DNA of 64,000 nucleotides from Flaccisagitta enflata (Eukaryota): NCBI GenBank assembly GCA_965153355.1, contig OZ231126.1, positions 14,136,001 to 14,200,000 of the forward strand, read 5' to 3'. Shown piece by piece: positions 57,975 to 64,000 of this stretch (position 1 is its first letter; each line of letters starts with the position of its first letter). The notes under the pieces were generated by a model. It saw only the letters and a program-made list of their open reading frames with translations, ran no database searches and was not told where the DNA came from. The position numbers and the translations under genes were made by a program.

Positions 57975-58044
<70 letters not shown>

Positions 58045-58150
58045 AAACAACAACAACAACAACAATGAAAATCACAATAACAACAATAAAAAATCAACAT
58101 GAAACAAACGAAAAAAACGCTGAATTGGAAAAGAAAACAACAACAACAGC

Positions 58151-58188
<38 letters not shown>

Positions 58189-58270
58189 CCGTGGCAAACA
58201 CAACAAAAAAAATCAACAATGAAAACAAAAACAACAACAACAACAACATCATCATCATCATCAACAATAA

Positions 58271-58369
<99 letters not shown>

Positions 58370-58956
58370 AAAACCGCAAAAACAACAAAAACGCGGCACA
58401 CAGTCGCAAGAAAATATGAGAAAGCCGAAGCGAAGAAAGAAGCTGAAAAAGACGGTAAGCATGAGATAGAAAAGGGGTATGAAATGACAGGCTGATTTTA
58501 AAGAGAGCATGACACGTCTTAAGATGTTGACTCTTCTTAGATTAATAGTGCTGATAGGGTGCTGCCTGGGTGCTCCATCGTTATTTGCGTCGGTTTTAAT
58601 ATCACCAGTATCGATAACTGCGTATCAAAAGCATTTGACTGTCAACATGCTAACTCATGCTTCGAGAGTCTGACATGGGTCAGTGAGGGCTCACAAGGCC
58701 CTCTTCCATATCTTTCAGTTTGGGTATACATAGTGAGGGATATTGTTCCGCCTATCATGAAACCGAATGAGATGGCAGCCTAGATTGAGAGTGACTGTCA
58801 ATCAATATCACCAATGGGCCCCATAGCGTGTTCTAATGAGGAATAAGGTGAGCGACAGAACTACTTTGCAAAACAGTTTGTTGGCAGTTTTTCTGCCTTC
58901 CGAATGTTCACATGTAATATTTGGTTTAGTCGCTGCATCGGTCTGTTAGTCCATCT

Positions 58957-59923
58957 CACTAAGGGCCACGGATTGCTCTAGATGGCTCCTTGGGTATTTT
59001 GGTGAAAATTTTCATCTCTGCTATATGGCTCAAACTAAGCAGAATGGTCATGGTAGCATTTGAGCAATGAGCATATATTAACGGTCCATATGAAAGGGTT
59101 TATAGCAATTTAGAATCAAAAAAGGCGACCTATATGGACATTTCTATGAAAAATGCTAAATTTCGAGATAAATCAATGAATTTTTTGGATTATCTGTTAA
59201 GATTACAAAAAGCTCATGATATCTTCAAGATTGGATTAGATTCCTTCATTAATGTTTAAATGTCTGGAAAAATTTAAAAAATCATTGTTTTTTACATTAT
59301 AAGCACTTTTAAATCAGTCTACTATTACTACATATTTGACCTAATTTGCATGGTTTTATTACCCTATAGATATAAAAAATCGCACAAGGACGCACAATGA
59401 GCGACCTATGCCAAAATGTAGTTCAAGTCCTTAATTCAGAATGCTATGGCTCAAGCGGGCCTTCGATGTCCAAATTGCGATTTTCTTGGCCTAAAATGGA
59501 CAAGTAATTATGTGGATGAAAGTAAAAATCTATATTTGATTGGAAGAAAAATGAGCAAAATGAGCTAAATGAGCAAAAAAATGATTTTTTTTTAGCACCT
59601 TATTAAGGAATCTTATTGAACAAAGACAAAAATTTAATTTTTTGATTTGGTCAAAACATTAGATAATTTAAATGCCAAATGTAAGTGAGTTTAGCAGTAT
59701 TTTTCACTTTATTTTCTCAAATTTCTTTTCTTTTGTACCCTAAACTTATAAAGCTCCTAATCCAATAGAATTGCGTCAATATTGGATATAAATTGTTTCA
59801 TAACATCTGAAAATATGCAGAAAAATGTTTTTCACTCTGTATATTTCATAAGGAACAATGTAATGGAAAAGATGTAATGTTAATACCCAATGAGCCACCT
59901 AGCGCACAATGCAGCCCACAGTG
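58957..59923. mobile_element. Transib-like non-autonomous DNA transposon
   Basis: Ends CACTAAGGGC ... GCCCACAGTG with a 5-bp TSD CATCT on both sides. The empty site with a single CATCT is in copy A (~3341). Confidence 0.78.
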
Positions 59924-60385
59924 CATCTGTCCCTCCTTTAATCCATTTTATTTTTTGTTTCAAAGTGGTCCTTGTTTTTGCGTTATTTCACCTGCCCTAC
60001 CACTGGCGTGTCAGAACTCAGAACCGTGATTGTTCCATTTCAATACCAAATGCCGGTTCTCTCCTTGCCTGAAGCACGCATCGTTGCCTCTTCGAGCTTG
60101 TTCAACCAAATTCATAGAAAGGCTTAAAAGGCAAGCATATCATTTGCCTTTTGCTCGAGACGCTCTCTGACTAAAAATGTTTAACCGCTTCTTGCAATAT
60201 TGCACTTTGACTCAGGACTCGATTTTCTCGCAAAACTTGTTATCTACAAAGAATCAAATATCAGCAACTCCATACGCTGGTCACATGCTCCCCACCTTTA
60301 CTTCGCTTTTGAATGATTCATTCTTGTGACAGTGTGACAGTGACCAAAAACCAAAAAAACAAACACTGAAACGGGGTGTTCAAAT

Positions 60386-60750
60386 AACAAGGCCAACACC
60401 TATAAGTCGCGTGCGAGACTTACAGACAAAGAATGACTTAGAATGACTTAGAATGACTTTCAATGACTTAGAATGACCTAAAATGACCAAAATTGACATA
60501 AAATGACTAAAAACCCTAATGACCAAAAATGACTTAATATAACTTAAATTGACTTAAAATGACTTAAAATGACTTAGAATGACTCAAAATGACTTAGAAT
60601 AACTATAAATGACTTAAAACAACTTAAAATGACCTAAGGGTTGACATTATAGTACAAAAAAGTAAAGTGTGACGGACGGACCGACGGACCGACGGACGGA
60701 CGGACGGACGGACAAAGCGGGTTGTAGAGTCGCGTGCACGCGACTAAAAA
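60386..60750. mobile_element. Short HINE-like element
   Basis: Inserted in an A-run relative to copy A (~3800) with no clear TSD; same termini family. Confidence 0.7.
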
Positions 60751-61361
60751 CTGTGGGTAGTTTTTAGTAACATATCGGTTGTTCGAATAAAAATTGTAGA
60801 GGTTTTCTGTTGCACACGCACACAATTGAGTATGTAGAGATGCAAACAAGGTACCATTTGATAGAGGTCAATCTGTTTGACATTTTGGTGTATGGTTTTT
60901 TGTTTTTTTAATAAAAATTTCCAAGTAAATCAAGGTTAAAAACTTTCCCAAATCAAACTTGCAGCAAAAACCAGTAAAAAAATTCTGTTTCCCAATTAAA
61001 ATCTCTTCTTTAAGCTTTGCAAAGGGCCACTTAAACACAAGCTACTGCAAAAATCTTTTAAATTTATACTCTGGCAACAAAGATCTAGACACCCAAAAAA
61101 CCGCACATTTCTAGCTTCTCTCGTTACGGACACAATTATTTTTGAACACCTGTTACAACTTTCCAAATAATCTTTAAAATGAACAACGATAATCGATAGA
61201 TAACATATATTGTACCTGACCTGACAAAGAGTTTTTATACAATCATATTGCAAAGCTGAATAAATGAAACTAAACATTTCCTACAGTGATTTTAAGCAGC
61301 GCTTGGGACAAAAGACTTGCATTCCTAATTGGTGCTGCCCCTGTATACTTAAGTGGAACTA

Positions 61362-61943
61362 CAGTATGATTTTTTTGGAATGCAACATAAGAAACCTATA
61401 TATCTCGGCTCCTGAGCATCGTAGCAAGATGCGGATTGCACCATTGGATAGAGCCCGAAAAACTATTTTTTCTATGTTTTTTCTGATATCATGATGCATC
61501 ATGACATATGTCTACCATGATGCCAGTAAAAACAGTGACTTCTCTAACATCAAGAAATTAACTGTCTGATTCTCTCTCAAAAAAGAGGTTCAGTTGGTCA
61601 AATAATTAACAATCAAGGGGCTTCTTTATGATTTTCTAGACATACTTCAGAAAATATTTGTGTCATGGTTCAGTTAGCCTCATGATCACCAATTATTTGA
61701 TCAATGGATCTTCCTCATTTATTTTAAAAGGAGAATCAGACAGCCAATTTCTAGACTTTGAAGATGTCAATGTTTTTACTGGCTTGGCGATAGAGATACG
61801 TCATATTGCATCACGACATCAAAAAAGACATGGAAAAAATAGTTTTTTGTGCTCTATCCAATGGTGCAATCCGCATCTTGCCACTATGCTCAGGAGCGGA
61901 GAAATATTGGTTTCTTATGTTGCATTCCAAAAAAATCATACTG
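61362..61943. mobile_element. Tc1/mariner-type foldback MITE
   Basis: TA TSD; long TIRs starting CAGTATGATTTTTTTGGAATGCAACATAAGAAACC; empty site in copy A (~5455). Confidence 0.88.
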
Positions 61944-64000
61944 TATAATGTAAAAACCTAGTTCATGGATATGGAGTATAGATAAACAAAAACTTTGCAT
62001 TTTTAGCTATACCAATTAAAGCTGCAGTTTTTTTTTCGAACACCCGTTAACGTTTTGCTTTTTAGGTGCGACAAAGCACCTCTATAATTGGCTGTGTCCG
62101 TTGGTCTGTCGGTCGGTTGGTTGGTAACGCATTCGTTCGACGATCCACACGTCGCACCTATTGGCCTACTTGGCCTTGTTGTTCAAACATCAGGAATCAG
62201 GCAATCAAAGTTCAAGGATCAAAAGCCTCGCGATAGATCTAGGGTCAAGAAACTCAAATTAATGCAATGATTTGATCATATGTTTTTGACGGTTATGGCT
62301 TAACATGTGACGCGGTGTCACAATATCGTTGCGGACAGATGGGCAGCGGCATCCAATCCCCAGCCTCACCCCAACCCCACCCCCAACCGCCCCTGCAACA
62401 CACTCACACACCCACACACAAACAATAACAACGGCAGTATCATGAATGCGCTTTTTTCGTGCTTTTAACAAGAGCGTGACGGACGGACGGACCGACGGAC
62501 AGATGGACCGACGAACAAACGGACAAAGCCTCTTACAGAGTTGCGTGTCCGAAACTAGAAATTTCGTTTTTGGTCGTGGGCAACGCGATTCTATGAGATG
62601 CAAATTTCAATGCCGGTTTGTCCTTTGGCCGATGAAGTACCTGTATGGATATCGTTGCCCGACTATTGACTCCTGATTTCTAGTCACTTAGAATTTCGTT
62701 CATTTATCAGATGGCAAAATATGCAGCCAATTCATATTTCCGTGTCCGTTTTAACTATGGCCTGATTTTGACGTAATAACAATTAGAATTTATGTGATTA
62801 CCTGAGAACCCCAATCTCCTCTGTAGAAAACCGATGAAAAATGGGAAGAGGGCAAGTAACGCCATAAGGGGAGAATCGCCAAAAGGGGAAAATAAACCAA
62901 GAATTCTCAAGATCTCTTGTTTGGTTTGTTTTCATGAAAAAGTTTTCTTAAAGAACACAGTGGCAGCACTGACCAGAAAAGCTAGTTTTTTTTGTCGTTT
63001 CAAATTACTATAGGAAATAATGTTTATTTTGATTCACTCAGCTGTTTCTCATTTTTCCTCAGGCCATTGGTACATGCGGAACTCCACCGTGGAACTGAAC
63101 TAGGTCGGTTCCATTGTTTTAGTGCTCAGAGATGACTTGTTCTCGTCAAAATATGGCTCGGATATCAAGGATGCAATGGTTCAATCACAAAAACTCATTA
63201 GCCCATGGCAGCAAGAACCCATGTATGAAGATCAATGGAGGGGAGGAATGGTCCATTTATGGTGGTCAATATTAGTTCGGATTGACAAAAGGATAGTTTC
63301 ACGTTCTAGAAATGGAATTCTCTCCCAAATGATCTCACACCGATTCCTGAGTTGCAATTCTGTTGCGCATCCTCAAAAAACGGCTTTAAGCACACCTCTT
63401 TTCTAGGTATGACTGATTCTCCGGTAGCTAAACATAGCTTTTGTATACATCTGTTTTTATTTGCGGACGCGCAATTCTGTAAGAGGCTAACCGTCCGTTG
63501 GTCCATTGGTACGATGGTCGGTTGGTCCGTGAACATGAGTCGAAAAGTGCAAAAGCGTGCGTTTTAGATGCTTTTGGTGTATGTGGTCGTGGGGGTATCA
63601 AATGTTAGGTGTAGATTGAGGTGGGATGCCCCTGCCCACCCGTCCGCAACGATATTGTGCGTCACTTGTTTTATGAGAAAGTTTAGGATCTCGATCGACC
63701 GAATGAGGTCTCCAATGAAATTGATAGGGTGATTGAGAAAATTTGATAATTCTTTTTTATTTGGCGCCACTTTAAGTAGGATCAATGAAGGAGTGGATTG
63801 ATTTTTGAGCATGAAAATATAAGAAAACATGTTTATGAACATAGCTGCTCATCTGTTAGGGTGTTTTTGAGTACTCTAGCTCATTTAGCTCAATCTTTTT
63901 TTTTAAATTCTAAATGTGATAATTAAAAAAACATTTTGACACATGTCAGCGAATGCAAATACAAAGAAGCATGTGAGTGAGCATAGCTGGTTATCTGTGT

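Larger units (their letters stand above)
54142..62937. repeat. Segmental duplication copy B of 1-6512, expanded by insertions
   Basis: See copy A. Confidence 0.9.

Noticed and set aside
63122-63406. 94-aa ORF
   Set aside because: No recognisable motif, GTG start, and no supporting splice structure established.

Overview
Repeat-rich animal (probably invertebrate) genomic DNA with two 10-N assembly gaps (17676-17685, 39952-39961), many microsatellites, MITEs and Helentron/HINE-like elements. Host genes: an intronless SH2B/Lnk adaptor (51438-53606, -) and a 5-exon gene I reconstructed with a Cys-rich N-terminus, C2H2 zinc fingers and a C-terminal RRM-like domain (32970-28345, -). There is also a gag-like ORF truncated by a gap and two segmental duplications. 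The standout is 39962-45491, the right part of an endogenous Polinton/Maverick (adintovirus-like) element. Its double-jelly-roll major capsid gene is split by five frame-preserving GT-AG introns, so it is invisible as a single ORF. It is followed by an adenain-type protease, two orphan ORFs, a spliced 51-aa protamine-like gene and a BIR-RING IAP, and it ends in ...ACTACT against a 10-bp satellite. Family assignments come from motif recognition by eye; no database searches were run.
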